A stretch of 64,000 nucleotides of DNA. Source: Octopus vulgaris. Lineage: Eukaryota. Below the pieces are notes generated by a model, which saw only the letters and a program-made list of their open reading frames with translations, had not been told where the DNA came from and made no database searches. Positions 50,499 to 63,131 of this stretch are shown here, in pieces; position 1 is the stretch's first letter; each line of letters begins with the position of its first letter. The stretch covers positions 8,742,001 through 8,806,000 of the forward strand of contig OX597834.1 in assembly GCA_951406725.2 (NCBI GenBank), read 5' to 3'. The position numbers and the translations under genes are program-made.

Positions 50499-51434
50499 TT
50501 ATGTATGTACATATACATCCCCTACATTTATTTTTCCATGTACCTAGTCAAAACTAATCAATATGAATAACAGTAACAGCAGCGAGGTTTAGATAGACCT
50601 CTCATCGAAGGACTCGGAGTATTAGCATGGAGATGGGGATGAATAGAAGGAAGAAGAGCAGCAGGAAGTAAAAGCAGAGAGCGAGCACCATTATATGATA
50701 TAAGTGCTGTCAGACGAAAGTTCTTGCGATTAATGCAGCGTGGTAGAAAAATAATCAATAAGGATAACTCGATAAGTGGGTGTCACTAATTTGTACACAC
50801 ATATATTACTTCAGCGTCAATGCTTCTGTCGTCATCGTAATGATCATCAACATCATCGTCACCACCCGCATCATAATCTACGTCAACGCCTCCGCCACGA
50901 ACATCAGCTTATCATCATCGTCATCATCGTCGCCATCGTTGTCATTATTGTTTTCACAAACTTCATCGTTTATTCCATCAGTGAGCCAAAAGCAAATCCT
51001 AATCAAATTTATACTCGTTAACTGAAACCAAAACGCCAAAACTGAAATACTGGGCAACGTAGAGTTAGCCGTTAATCTAATTACTTTGAATAATAAACTA
51101 TCTCCCTTTTATATACGTGTGTATGCATGCATGTACGTATGTAATATATGTACATATAAACACACACGTTTATGGATATATTTATATATTTGCATATATG
51201 TCCATGCATGCAACATCAATAAATACGTACTCGTGCTTCTGTATATGCATGCATAAGTAACACTACAAGTGCATATGTATGTACGTATATATAGATATAT
51301 GTATGTACGTATATATATATATGTATATCTATATATATATATATATATGTAGGTATATATATATCTATATGCATATATATGTGAATATACATATGTATAT
51401 GCATACAAATACACACACATACATATGCACGTAT

Positions 51435-51465
<31 letters not shown>

Positions 51466-51466
51466 A

Positions 51467-51497
<31 letters not shown>

Positions 51498-51520
51498 AAT
51501 GTACTTATATATATATATAC

Positions 51521-51569
<49 letters not shown>

Positions 51570-51630
51570 CACGTATATATATTATCATTATTAACATTAA
51601 TATCATTTCTGCTATCATCATCGTCATCGT

Positions 51631-51710
<80 letters not shown>

Positions 51711-52030
51711 ACATCATCATCATCATCATCATCATCATTTTAATTTTTATCATCATTATTATTGTTATTACTTAACAATGGTAGTTTTCTACCCCATGCA
51801 TCTGTAAGGTTTCGTAGGCATCTTACTGAAACCCGCATCGTCATACTTAGCAAGCCGTATGAGAGAATAGATGAGGTACAAGAAGGCTGCAAGACACCAG
51901 ATTACCATTGGCCAAGGCAGCGCACATACTGTTAGAAATGATATCGACATTTTATAATGTGTACATGTATTATAAGCTTAAGGCTATGCACATGCTTATA
52001 TTTATAGAGATAGTTTAGATAGATAGACAG

Positions 52031-52126
<96 letters not shown>

Positions 52127-52177
52127 CACACCCATCCTTCTACACCTTCTGTACACAAATGTAAATATAATAGTCGC

Positions 52178-52335
52178 AGGAATGGTTGTGTGGTAAGTAA
52201 CTTGCTTACCAACCACATGGTTCCGGGTTCATTCCTACTGCGTGGAACCTTGGGCAAGTGTCTTTTACTATAGCCTCGGGCCGACCAAAGCCTTGTGAGT
52301 GGATTTGGAAGATGGAAGCTGAAAAGAAGCCCGTC

Positions 52336-52422
<87 letters not shown>

Positions 52423-52628
52423 TGTGTCTGTGTTTGTCCCCTTAACAACAGATGCTTGTGTGTTTTCTTTCCTGTAACTTAGCGGTTCGGCAAAAGAGAC
52501 CGATGGAATAAGTACTAGGCTTACAAAGAATAAGTCCTCGGGTCGATTTGCTCGACGAAAGGCGGTGCTCCAGCATGTTCGCAGTCAAATGACTGAAACA
52601 AGTAAAAGAGAGAAAAAGAGTAAAAGAA
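52178..52628 (+). mobile_element. SINE family B (CORE-like)
   Basis: tRNA-like head, core GGAACCTTGGGCAAGTGTC, internal (TA)n(TG)n, tail AAGTAAAAGAG. Confidence 0.9.
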
Positions 52629-52946
52629 TATATACATATATATATATGTATATTTGCGCGCGTGTGTTTGTGTGTTTCTGTGCGTTGTATGTATGTATGT
52701 GTTTGTATTAGTGAAGACGTATATAGCTTCCTTACTGGTGTATGGATATTTGTTGATTGATTCACGAAAAAGCGACGTTTTTTCACAAAACCTAAAGCAT
52801 GAAAAAACAATTTCAAGCAGTGCAACGTTTTGAGCATAGTTTTTTAAGTGTTAATATAATTTCATATCCTGGCTGACGTTCCGTAGAGAAACAAATTGCT
52901 TTTGCTCAATCATTCATATAGTTATGTGTGTTTACGTATTGACATA

Positions 52947-53330
52947 CTAGCAGTATCGCCCGGCGTTGCTCAGGTTTGTAAGAGAAATAACTATAAAGCA
53001 TTTTTAGAGAGTTATAGCCAAAAAATAGCAAAAAAATGGAAAAAAATGATGGTAATTTTTTTTTGAGAGTTAAAAAAGGTGTAGTTGCGTCTCCTAGACA
53101 GTTTGTGGTCTGTGTTTCTGATTCTCGATCCCATGTCGAATTTATCGATTTTTTTCAGAACTGGGGGAACTTTTCAAAATTTTCGTTGCGTTAGTTTTGA
53201 ATTATGACATTGGGCTATGTGTGTGTCAAGTTTCATCAGAATCGGTTGAAAGCCGTGGTCAGGGTGAGGGTACAACCTGACAGACACACAGAAACACACA
53301 CAGACAAACTGCCGTTTATATAGAGAGAGA
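52947..53330 (-). mobile_element. Non-autonomous Helitron sharing the 3' end of the 24950 family but with a different 5' part
   Basis: Same CCCGGCGTTGCTC hairpin + CTAG end; TC start; A|T insertion. Confidence 0.75.
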
Positions 53331-54547
53331 TACTAAGGTATGCGACGTGTTGTTTGGGATTGCGTATACACTTCGACTGTATGTGTACATGAGCTCGCAT
53401 GAGTGCGTGTGCTTATGTGTGCACGCACCCACATACATTTATTGATATTGTTTCCGTGTCTGTGTATTTGCAACAATACTTACGTAGTCATGTCTATATA
53501 TATTATAGGAAGGTATCTTCATGAGAGCGCGATTTTTAACATAGGTGTTGCACAAATTTATGACTTCTGTTGTTACCACCTGAGAATGGAATAATTTTAT
53601 GAATGTCTGCGTGCATATATTTCGGTACCGTTGTCTGCAACTATCTAGATATGTAGAAACGTGCTAGTGCAATTCTCTCTGCTTATATTTCGCTATACAT
53701 GTCTACATTTATATTATGAAAGCTTCAACATTTGTCTCTCTTTCACTCTCACTCTTTTTCTATCTCTCTCTCTCTCTGTTTATTTTACTCCCTCTCTCTT
53801 TCTCTCTCGCTTTCTCCTTTCTCTTTACCGTTACATATTTATTAATACTCAACAGTTGAAAGCGATTCTATTCTCAGCAATCTACGTTACCCTAAAAAAA
53901 AAAAAAAATTTTTTTTTCATGAAACTCTGTACTTCCGCCAGATTAAAAGATGAAAAGCATTTGGTTGTTTACCCTATTGTTTTCCAGATATTAATTCTCA
54001 CGCTCTTAATAAGATTTTCTTCTATAATTTAATACCTTGTCGAACATTCCCGTGTTTCCTTAATGAAAAGCCTAAGAATATTTTAATGACATTTTTGCTT
54101 TGCTCTTTATTATTTTCTTCTCTATTTGTCGTCTGTCAACATTGAAAATTTATTAACTACAAATATTCTCCTTTTTCCTAATATGCTCACAAAAGTTACT
54201 GTATTTTTTAACAAACATTCACACTTACTTACATGAACGCTCAAATATATATTGTACACACTGTAAATGCACTCAAAGCATAATTGCGTGCATATGCGTA
54301 TATGCATTTTTGTTTCACTTTATTAGAATTGAAAATTAGATTACCTTTCACTTTTTTTTCAATAATCAAAGTAAAGTTCTCGTGATTCATTCCTCCACTG
54401 TATCGTAAGCCCATGATTCATAAACCCACGTTGGGCTTATAAAATTATATGCGCAGTGATATTTAGTTTAAATTAGTAACGAGAAAGCAAGTGGTGATTG
54501 TAGGTTTTTCCAAACGTCAACCTCTCATGAAGATGGAGGCATCATCA

Positions 54548-54825
54548 GTCGATAAATTAAGTACCAGTTACGCACTGGGATCGATATAATCGACTTAAAG
54601 CATTTGTTTGTGCTTGTTTGTCCTCTCTGTGTTTAGCCCCTTGTGGGTAGTAAAGAAATAGGTATTTCGTTTGTCTTTACGTTCTGAGTTCAAATTCTGC
54701 CGAGGTCAACTTTGTCTTTCATCCTTTCGGTGTCGATAAATTAAGTAGCAATTGCGCACTGGGGCCGATCAAATCGACTTGCCCCTCCCGCCAAATTCCG
54801 GGCCTTCTGCCTAGAGCAGAAAAAA
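54548..54825 (+). mobile_element. SINE family A headless dimer
   Basis: Partial body+alternative tail, junction GAAATA|GGTATTTC at about 54660, then body+standard tail. Confidence 0.85.
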
Positions 54826-55489
54826 ATATTTCATACGTATTATATTTTATATTGTATTAATAGTAATATGTCAAGGAATGTTTTTACCGATATACCAATC
54901 ATTATAAAATAATTCTCATATTATTCCATTCTATATCCTTATTCATATCTCTTTTACTCCTTTTCTATCATTCTGTAAAAGATATTTTATAAATTTTATA
55001 TCTTACATTATTAAATTTATTATGCATTTCTATACCCTCTTATAAATTTGCGGCTTTTATAGCTGATAATTGATTTAGCAGTTTATAATTTCTTTACATA
55101 TAACTCACCGTATAATGTAATATTAGATTATATTTGTAATTGCACATTAGATTTTATAATCTTTCATATTTTATATTAGATATTTTTATATATTTTCTTA
55201 TAGTTATATATACTTTCATAGTGTTTAAAATTTATAATTTTTTTGACAATTTATAAGTTTTTTATATAGTTCACTGTATATGAGAATTCTTATTTTACTA
55301 TATATTTTAAACATGTAGTATATTCGTTAAGTTTTTATATGCCCAAATTTGCTTAAATAATATATGTGAACCTACGTCCTTATACATTTGAAATATCTCT
55401 AATTTGATTACCCCAGATTTTGGATAACCTTTCTTAACATAACATATATTTATCGATCTGAAGCGAATATTTCTGATACTGTTGTTTGT

Positions 55490-55750
55490 TCCTTCTCGAG
55501 CCACGCCTAGCTCATAAGGGACGGTTTCCCGGTTTCCTTGGGGTATAGGTTCCCCACCTGGACGTGACACCGGTCCGTCGCAGGTGAGCTGCAAGATGCA
55601 GGAGGAAAGAGTGAGAGAAAGTTGTGGCCAAAGCGTTAGCAGAAGTTCGCCATTACCTTCTGCCGGAGCCGCGTTGAGTTTAGGTGTTTTGCTCATAAAC
55701 AAACACATCGCCCGGTCTGAGATTCGAACACGCAATCCCTCGACCGCAAG
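55490..55750 (-). mobile_element. SINE family C, tail variant 4, 5'-truncated
   Basis: Minus strand GTTCGAATCTCAGACCGGGCG... head remnant, then tail GCAGCTCACCTGCGACGGACCGGTG. Confidence 0.75.
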
Positions 55751-56030
55751 GTTAACGTATACTCTAAGTTCCTCATATATAATTTAATTTCGTTATACAT
55801 TCATTATAGAATATTTTTACTATGGTCTTCTATTCACTATGTTTATGAAAATTCTTAATATATTGTTTCTTATATTAAAATATCCCTTTATTAAATTTTA
55901 GATGTAATTTCTAACATTCTTCTATATACTGATTAAAATTTTCTCGTATTAACATTACAAATTTGCTAAGATGTAATATACTACCTACCTTATTATCCGT
56001 TTTTATATTCCACCCCTTCATTTATATTAC

Positions 56031-56442
56031 GGATCTTTTAGGTTTGAACGGCAGTTTTTAACATAATTTCTAGGTAACTAAAACATTTTAAACTTCGTAT
56101 ACTGGTTGAATGTATTTATAATACATCTTTTTCTCTTGACTTTATTGAGAAAATTCTATAGTTTGTAAGGTATTTGTTGTTTTTTTCTTCAATTTCTGCA
56201 ATTTCAACCAATCAATGACGTATATTGAGGTGAAAACATTCTGTGCCGTATGAATATGTCCCTCGTTTAAGACACAGATTAGGTTTATTTACATTTCTGA
56301 AGAAAATGATACCCTTCCCCCCACCCTTAAATCTAACCCTAACTCTAACCCTAACCCTAAAACAGATCGATAATAGGGTCATAATTATGGGTGATAATTT
56401 CATATGACACCGCTAGAAAAAGCTGCCGTTCAAACCTTATCC
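56031..56442 (-). mobile_element. GGATC-TIR MITE (Merlin-like)
   Basis: Homologous to 58931-59353 and contains CCCTAA repeats at about 56330-56358. Right TIR degenerate; no TSD recognisable. Confidence 0.8.
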
Positions 56443-56774
56443 CTTTGGTTTTTCATTATCTTCTCGTTTAATATGATAAAATAAGTATTGGCCCTTACAA
56501 TCCTTCCTTCTTCCAATTATCAACCCTTCCCCATCCGGCATTCCCCTATTACTACCCTCACCCTATCCTTTTGTGTAGACAAATCTCGATATATGGTTCC
56601 AGTATATTGAATGTTTAGTAGATTCTCTGACGGTAACTAGAATACAGTTCACAGCTCTAAATGGATCTAAAGTTTAGATGGCTGAAGACTACATTCCACA
56701 TATTCTCTTCCAAGTCTATGTAAGAAGGTCACCACTATGTTTCTCGTTGACCTCACTATTTTCTCTGATATCGT

Positions 56775-57526
56775 CGTTCCCCCAGCGGGGATGCGATTCG
56801 AACTGTTATCCTCATTAAGACGGAAAAAGTATTATAGGTTTCCCTATTTTGGGATAGTCAATTTATTATTGTGTGAAAAAATTTAATGATAGCCGTTGTG
56901 GCAACCGCTCCTAGCGGGGGTGAGATTTGAACTGTTGTCCTCGTTGAGAGGAAAAAAAAAAGTAAAAAATTATAGGTTTCCCTATTTTGGGATAATCAAT
57001 TTATTATTGTGTGAAAAATTTAATTTTAGCCGTTGTATGCTCTATTGTGGCAACCGCTCCTAGCGGGGGTGAGATTCGAACTGTTGTCCTCGTTGAGAGG
57101 AAAAAAAAAAGTTGAAACTTATAGGTTTCCCTATTTTGGGATAATCAATTTATTATTGTGTGAAAAATTTATGTTAGCCATTGTAGGCTCTATTGTGACA
57201 GCCGCTCCTAGCGGGTGTGAGATTTGAACTGTTGTCCTCGTTGAGAGGAAAAAAAAAAAGGAAAAAATTATAGGTTTCCCTCTTTTGGGATAGTCAATTT
57301 ATTATTGTGTGAAAAATTTAATGTTAGCCGTTGTAGGCTCCATTGTGACACCCGCTCCTAGCGGGGGTGAGATTTGAACTGTTGTCCTCGTTGTGAAGAA
57401 AAAATAATTATAGGTTTCCCGTTTCTTGGGATACTGCATTTTTATTATTGCGCGAAAAAAAATAATTTCGAACGTTGTAGGCTTTGTTGTTACGTCTCGC
57501 TCTCCAGCGAGGAAGGGATTTGAACT
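56775..57526. repeat. Tandem array, ~148-bp unit, 5 copies plus a partial sixth
   Basis: The anchor GAACT occurs at 56800, 56929, 57078, 57226, 57376 and 57522. Confidence 0.92.
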
Positions 57527-58830
57527 AGGGGGCACGCCGCATGGTGTATGGTGTGGAAGAGGAGCTACGGCGTACGCGGATAACATCTCCATCATTGTGG
57601 CGGATGAAGGCCAGCTTCCAGTGGTAGGAAAGTCCATCAGAAGTTATGAGGCGGTGGCAGGAGCGAAGGTTAACAAGGACAAGTCGGTCGGTGTGCAACT
57701 CGGCACCTGGAGAGGCAACCCGATGCCGTCCAATAACGTCTTGTGGCGTTGGACGGGAGGTCCTGTTAAGCTGCTCGGAGTTTGGATTGGTTCAGACCTC
57801 CAGATAGAGAAAAAGTGTAGTGAGGTGGTCAGCAAGGTGACTGCTTTAACCCAGACCTGGTCTGGGCGGGTGTTATCCTTGCTAAGGAGGGCAGAGGTGG
57901 TGCAGATGTTTATAGCATCAGTAATCACTTACCGTCTGACCGTGGTGCCTTGCTCCGATGTGTGGCTGAACAAGTTGGAGAGAATCCTTTTCTGCTTTTT
58001 GTGGAAAGGAAGAAAGCCACTTATAAAGCGCTCTGTCTACTGCCAGAAACCGCTAAAGGGTGGGCTAGGGATGCCCTGGCTGAAGATGCGAAAATTCGCG
58101 TTGAGGCACGATGGCTTTACCTGGATGGAGAACAGGTGTGGACGCCGCACAGTTAACGTCCTTAACGGACGTTGGTACGTGGATCAAGAAGAGACCTAGG
58201 CTGGGGGACTAGAGTGCCGCCAGGCACTTCAGATACTCTCTCGGACGGGCAATGCCGGCAGCAGGAGTTCCACTGTGGACTTTTATAGCGGGTTAGTAGA
58301 GACCAAGTCCGAAGACGCCTTGGGGGAGACCCTGGGCTACAATGAAAATCAGTTAATCAACCTGTTCAGGAGAACGTTCGGTCCGGGGTATCTCAATAAT
58401 TACTAGAAATCCCTGGCTTGGCAGTGCTTCTGTGCGGCTTTACCGGTTCGTGACAAGCTTTCAAGGCACGGAGGTGCCGTGTCGCCGACATGTCCGAGAT
58501 GTGGATAGGATAGGGAAACCGTCTTGCACGCATTCGAGGAGTGTCTGGAATCGTCGGGACTGATAGCTTTCGTCGAATAACTGATGTCAGTGATGGGAAG
58601 AGTACAGCTATCGGCTGAGTCCATAATAAAGACCGTGCCACCTCCTTCCCTGAGCAGGAAAAGGAAGGCCTGTTTTTTCTGCGTTGTAGCCATACTGAAA
58701 GAAAGAAAGTATGGAAGACGCGTGTGAAAGGCATACTGACTGTTACCTTTGTTTCTGGCCAGGGGTTGGACAACTTATTTAGTTACCACCTCAATAGTAT
58801 TATCAGGCTGGAGAAGAGGTGTCTGGCACG
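57527..58830 (+). pseudogene. Tx1/L1-type LINE ORF2 fragment (RT C-terminal half to CCHC)
   Basis: AYADNISIIV (YADD), GAKVNKDKS, VKLLGVW, FLWKG, KGGLGMP; later CPRCG*DRETVLHAFEEC with stops and frameshifts. Confidence 0.88.
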
Positions 58831-58838
58831 GGATATAC

Positions 58839-59485
58839 ATTTATTTGCTACCCACAAGGGGCTAAACACAGAGGGGACACACGGATTAAGTCGATTACAT
58901 CGAGCCCAGTGCGTAACTGGTACTTAATTTGGATCCTTTCGGTTTCAACGGCAGTTTTTTCTAGCTGTGTCATATGAAATTGTCACCCACAATTATGACC
59001 CTAGTATCGATCTATTGCATTTCAATCTGTTTCAGGGTTAGGATTAGTTAGGGTTAGGGGTGGGGGAAGGGTATCTTATTTTCTTCAGAAATGTAAATAA
59101 ACCCAACCTGTTTTTTAAACGAGGGACATATTCATACGGCACAGAATGTTGTTTTACCTCAATAGACGTCATTGGTTGAAATTGCAGAAATTGAAGGAAA
59201 AAAACAACAAATGTCTTACAAACTATAGAATTTTCTCAATAAAGCCAAGAGAAAAAGATGTTTTATAAATACATTCTACCAGTATACGAAGTTTAACATT
59301 TGTTAGTTGCCTAAAAATTATGTTAAAAACTGCCGTTCAAACCGAAAAGATCCCTTAATTTATCGACCCCGAAAGGATGAAAGGCAGAGTCGACCACGGC
59401 GGAATTTGAACCCAGAACGTTACGGCAGACGAAATATGATTACGCACTTCGCTCAGTGTGCTAACGTTTCTGCCAGCTCGCCGCC
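58839..59485 (-). mobile_element. SINE family A monomer split by a MITE
   Basis: The SINE sequence resumes seamlessly after removing 58931-59361. Confidence 0.85.
58931..59353 (+). mobile_element. GGATC-TIR MITE with perfect 8-bp TSD (Merlin-like)
   Basis: 29-bp TIRs GGATC(C/T)TTTCGGTTT(C/G)AACGGCAGTTTTT; CTTAATTT at 58923-58930 and 59354-59361. Confidence 0.92.
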
Positions 59486-59653
59486 TCTGTCAAGAGATAT
59501 ATTTGTTAACTGATGGAAACCTGTGGAAAGTAAGTTGAGTGCGATTGGCACCAAGTAAGTGCATTCAACATGAAACGTAAAGGTTCCACTCAGGTGGCCG
59601 GATGCCTTTAGCGAATACATTGCAAACCACAATGAACGTAAAATTTTAAAAAG

Positions 59654-60061
59654 GGATCTTTCGGTTTGAACGGCAGTTTTTAACATAATTTCTAGGTAGC
59701 TAAAAAATTTTAAACTTCGTATACAGGCAGAATGTGTTTATAAAACATGTTTTTCTCTTGGCTTTATTGAGAAATTCTATAGTTTGTAAGATATTTGTTG
59801 TTGTTTTTCCTTCAATTCCTGCAATTTTACCAATCACTGACGTCCATTGAGGTAAAAAACATTCTGTGCCGTATGAATATGTCCCTCGTTTAAGAAACAC
59901 ATTGGGTTTATTTACATTTGTGAAGAAACAAAGATACCCTTCCCCCACCCCTAACCCTAAAACAGATTGAAATGCAATAGATTGATACTAGGGTCATAAC
60001 TATGGGTGACAATTTCATATGACACCGCTAGAAAAAACTGCCGTTCAAACCGAAAGGATCC
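59654..60061 (-). mobile_element. GGATC-TIR MITE (Merlin-like)
   Basis: Both TIRs present; flanks TTAAAAAG / TGACAAAG match at 6/8. Confidence 0.88.
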
Positions 60062-60536
60062 TGACAAAGTTTTTTAACTGTATATATTGTTTCATATTTA
60101 TTGTCTCATCATTCACCTATCATCCGAAACTGTTTTTTTAATTGATTAACAGCTACTTCCCCTTCTTATGTTTATTTGTCTTTGTTCGTCCCCTGTTTGT
60201 AATGCCGTCATGGCAAATTTGATGAAATAAAGTAGCTAACTTCCCATGAGTCTTTGTTGTCAGTGTGCGCATGCGCCATTGTTTTGTCCACTGAAGATGA
60301 TAGCCGGCTGTGTTTAGTCTGCCAACAGAATCTGCTGCGAGGTAAGGCTTTTCTCTTAGACCCGGTGAGGGTCGTTGTCTGTGCTTATTTATTTTACAAA
60401 CAAGGAATCCTCTCTGAATTCAGGATATTGGTCTATTTCTGCTTCAGCAATATGGTCCATAGTAAATGAAAATTTATTTTTCTCATTGTCTTGTGGGCAT
60501 ATTCTTCAAATACTTTGTTTTTACAACAACAGCATC

Positions 60537-60827
60537 GGTACAACTAGCGAACAGTGGTCCCGGTGCGCGCACTCGCGCTAGCTGGTCGTAATTAGTCGAT
60601 CCTACAACGACTTTTTACTGCTAACTCTAACCTTAGTTTGTTTATAAAAATGATTTATTTACTTAGTTTAAAAAATTATTTACTTTGCGTTTAATTTGCT
60701 TTGTTCAAAAAATATTATTTAATTTTCTTTGATATGTATTCAGCCTTGAAACACGCGCAAGTCGTCGTAGCATCGACTACTTACGACTAGCTAGCGCGCA
60801 CCGGGACCACTGTTCACTAGTAGTACC
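60537..60827. mobile_element. MITE with ~70-bp GC-rich TIRs starting GGTAC
   Basis: Left GGTACAACTAGCGAACAGTGGTCCCGGTGCGCGC...; the right end is its reverse complement with few mismatches. AT-rich interior; TSD unclear. Confidence 0.85.
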
Positions 60828-60870
60828 ATACCATTATTGGAAAACTGCATTTCAAGTGTTCACATTAAGT

Positions 60871-61308
60871 AGTATCTTTTTTATGATCTTATATAGAATT
60901 TGACAATACAGGACAAACAAAAGACAAAAATCTTACATGAGTTCGAATGATTTAAATATTAAAAATTACTTAAAAAGTATTTTATATATCGTTTAAATTT
61001 TCCTTTCACTAGAACTTTACTTTAAAATGAAACTAAATCAAAGAAACAAAAACGAACACAAAAGGTTAAAAGATCGAACTCGGCAGCCTGTAAAAACCCA
61101 GCAACGATCTTTTCCTTTCCTCATTGATCAAGCTGGGTTACTAACACCCACCTTTCTCATCACATTTTTCCATCGTTTCTCGTATTCTTTCGGTGGCAGG
61201 GTCCGCCTCTCCAACTCCATCTTGCTCTTCAGGTGGTATCTGAAGTAAGACAGCAAACAGCGGCCAGAGATGAAAGACCCTTTCACCGAACATTCCATTC
61301 TCGTTCTC
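60871..61308 (-). mobile_element. 5'-truncated Tx1/L1-type LINE 3' end with 18-bp TSD
   Basis: Encodes FISGRCLLSYFRYHLKSKMELER. CAAGTGTTCACATTAAGT at 60853-60870 and 61309-61326. Confidence 0.8.
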
Positions 61309-61650
61309 CAAGTGTTCACATTAAGTGGAATTTTTTATCTCATTGTGAGTAATATAGTTTGGTGACTATCCTGCCACCGAAAGTCGTTCGTTGTTTTTAA
61401 ATAGTGTGTATTTTACGGCTACGTTGCAAAACTGTATTCAAGTGGAGCAGTCCAGGTTCGAATTGAAGTACCATAAGGGCTTCGAGTACATGAATGCACA
61501 GGATTTTTTTTTGCTGTTTTCTTTCTTTTTAACTATTGTTTTCTTCTATTGTGACTTTTGCTTTTTTATTAATTTCTTCTTCCCTTTTGTTTTCTTTTGA
61601 ATTCTCTCTTTCCTTTTTTGTGAACTATTGCTTTGGACATGGCAAAAATG

Positions 61651-61863
61651 TATTTCTTTACTACCCACAAGGGGCTAAACACAGAGAGGACAAACAAGGA
61701 CAGACAAACGGATTAAGTCGATTACATCGATCCCAGTGCGTAACTGGTACTTAATTTAATCGACCCCGAAAGAATGAACTCGGAATTTGAACTCGGAACG
61801 TAGCGGCAGAAATACCGCTAACTATTTCGTCCGGCGTGCTAACGATTCTGCCAGCTCGCCGCC
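61651..61863 (-). mobile_element. SINE family A monomer with alternative tail
   Basis: Head at 61863, internal deletion, 3' end GGGTAGTAAAGAAATA. Confidence 0.85.
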
Positions 61864-61884
61864 TTTGGCAAAGACAATACGGAT

Positions 61885-62735
61885 AGTGTCACTTGTGCCG
61901 GGAGTCAGGTCGTGGTAAGGCTCCGGAGCAGGAAAAGTGGAAGGGTCCCATTGCAGGGAGAAACGGTGGATGTCGTTGAGGTGTCGACCGCAACGAGAAG
62001 GAAGAGAAAGGTGAGCAACAGTTGCTGCTCTCCAGGAGACGTGCAGGTTGCAGCAGAGGAGGAGGACCCTTCAGATGTGCCGATAGAGGTCCCAACTCCC
62101 GCAACCGAAAGAAGAAAAAAGATGAAGAAAAACGGGAGACGGTCAGCGGATGTCGCTGTGCCACCGACCGAATCCGATGTTCCACCGTTGGGAAGTGTTC
62201 CACCGGAGCATGAGTCTCTGTCAGTGGGAATTGTTCCACTGACAGAACAGGATAAGACCTCTCTCTGTGAGGAAGAGTTTGTCGTTCTCTATATCAAAGG
62301 AGGGCCTGATGAGTTACACTTGGACAGTCTACTAGACGTGAAGCGATACGACTTGACCTGTATAGACTGTCCAAGCTGGTCTCCGCAGGTGGCTGCGGAG
62401 GTCATAAATCAGAAAGAACTGATTGAGGTCAGGAAGACCTGTAACAAATAAGATTACTTCCCTCGGTCCGGGCCTGCCAATGCAGGCTTCCCTGCAGGCG
62501 GCAGACGAAAAATAATGAACTATATATTTTTTGTAATTGTAGTTTTTGAATTTTTGTGAATACAATTTAGATTTCTATTGATTTAAATTGAACTGTGATT
62601 TGGAGGGTTTATCGGTCGGCGGGTGCCGGTGCCCCTCTTATTTTTTCCCCTCTTTGTCGTTTTCATACGCATTAATGTCTCTGTCCAGCCTGCAGCTACC
62701 TCTATCTCTGTTGGACTTTCATGGTCACTTCGATG
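61885..62735 (+). pseudogene. Probable Tx1-type ORF1 C-terminal fragment followed by a 3'UTR-like tail
   Basis: CHLCRESG zinc-knuckle remnant at about 61888, the 179-aa ORF 61912-62451, and a tail ending GATGAAATAAA similar to 60221-60231. Confidence 0.45.
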
Positions 62736-62740
62736 AAATA

Positions 62741-62881
62741 AAGTAGCTTGCTTACGAACCACATGGTTCCGGGTTCAGTCCCACTGCATGGCACTTCGGC
62801 CAACTTGTCTTCTACTATAGCCTCGGGCCGACCAAAGCTTTGTGAGTGGGCTTGGTAGACGGAAACTGAAAGAAGTCCGTC

Positions 62882-62934
<53 letters not shown>

Positions 62935-63131
62935 TGTGTGTATATATTCGTGTGTCTGTGTTTGTCCCCCCAACATCGCTCCACAACCGATGCTGGTATG
63001 TTTACGTCCGGCAAAAGAGACCGATAGAATAAGTACTAGGCTTACAAAGTATAAGCCCTGGGGTCGATTTGCTCGACTAAAGGCGGCGCTCCAGCATGGC
63101 CATAGTCAAATGACTGAAACGAGTAAAAGAG
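62741..63131 (+). mobile_element. SINE family B, slightly 5'-truncated
   Basis: Homology to the 52178-52628 copy. Confidence 0.9.

Noticed and set aside
56330-56358. Telomere or chromosome-fusion relic from CCCTAA repeats
   Set aside because: Only a few degenerate units, located inside a MITE whose other copies carry the same motif.
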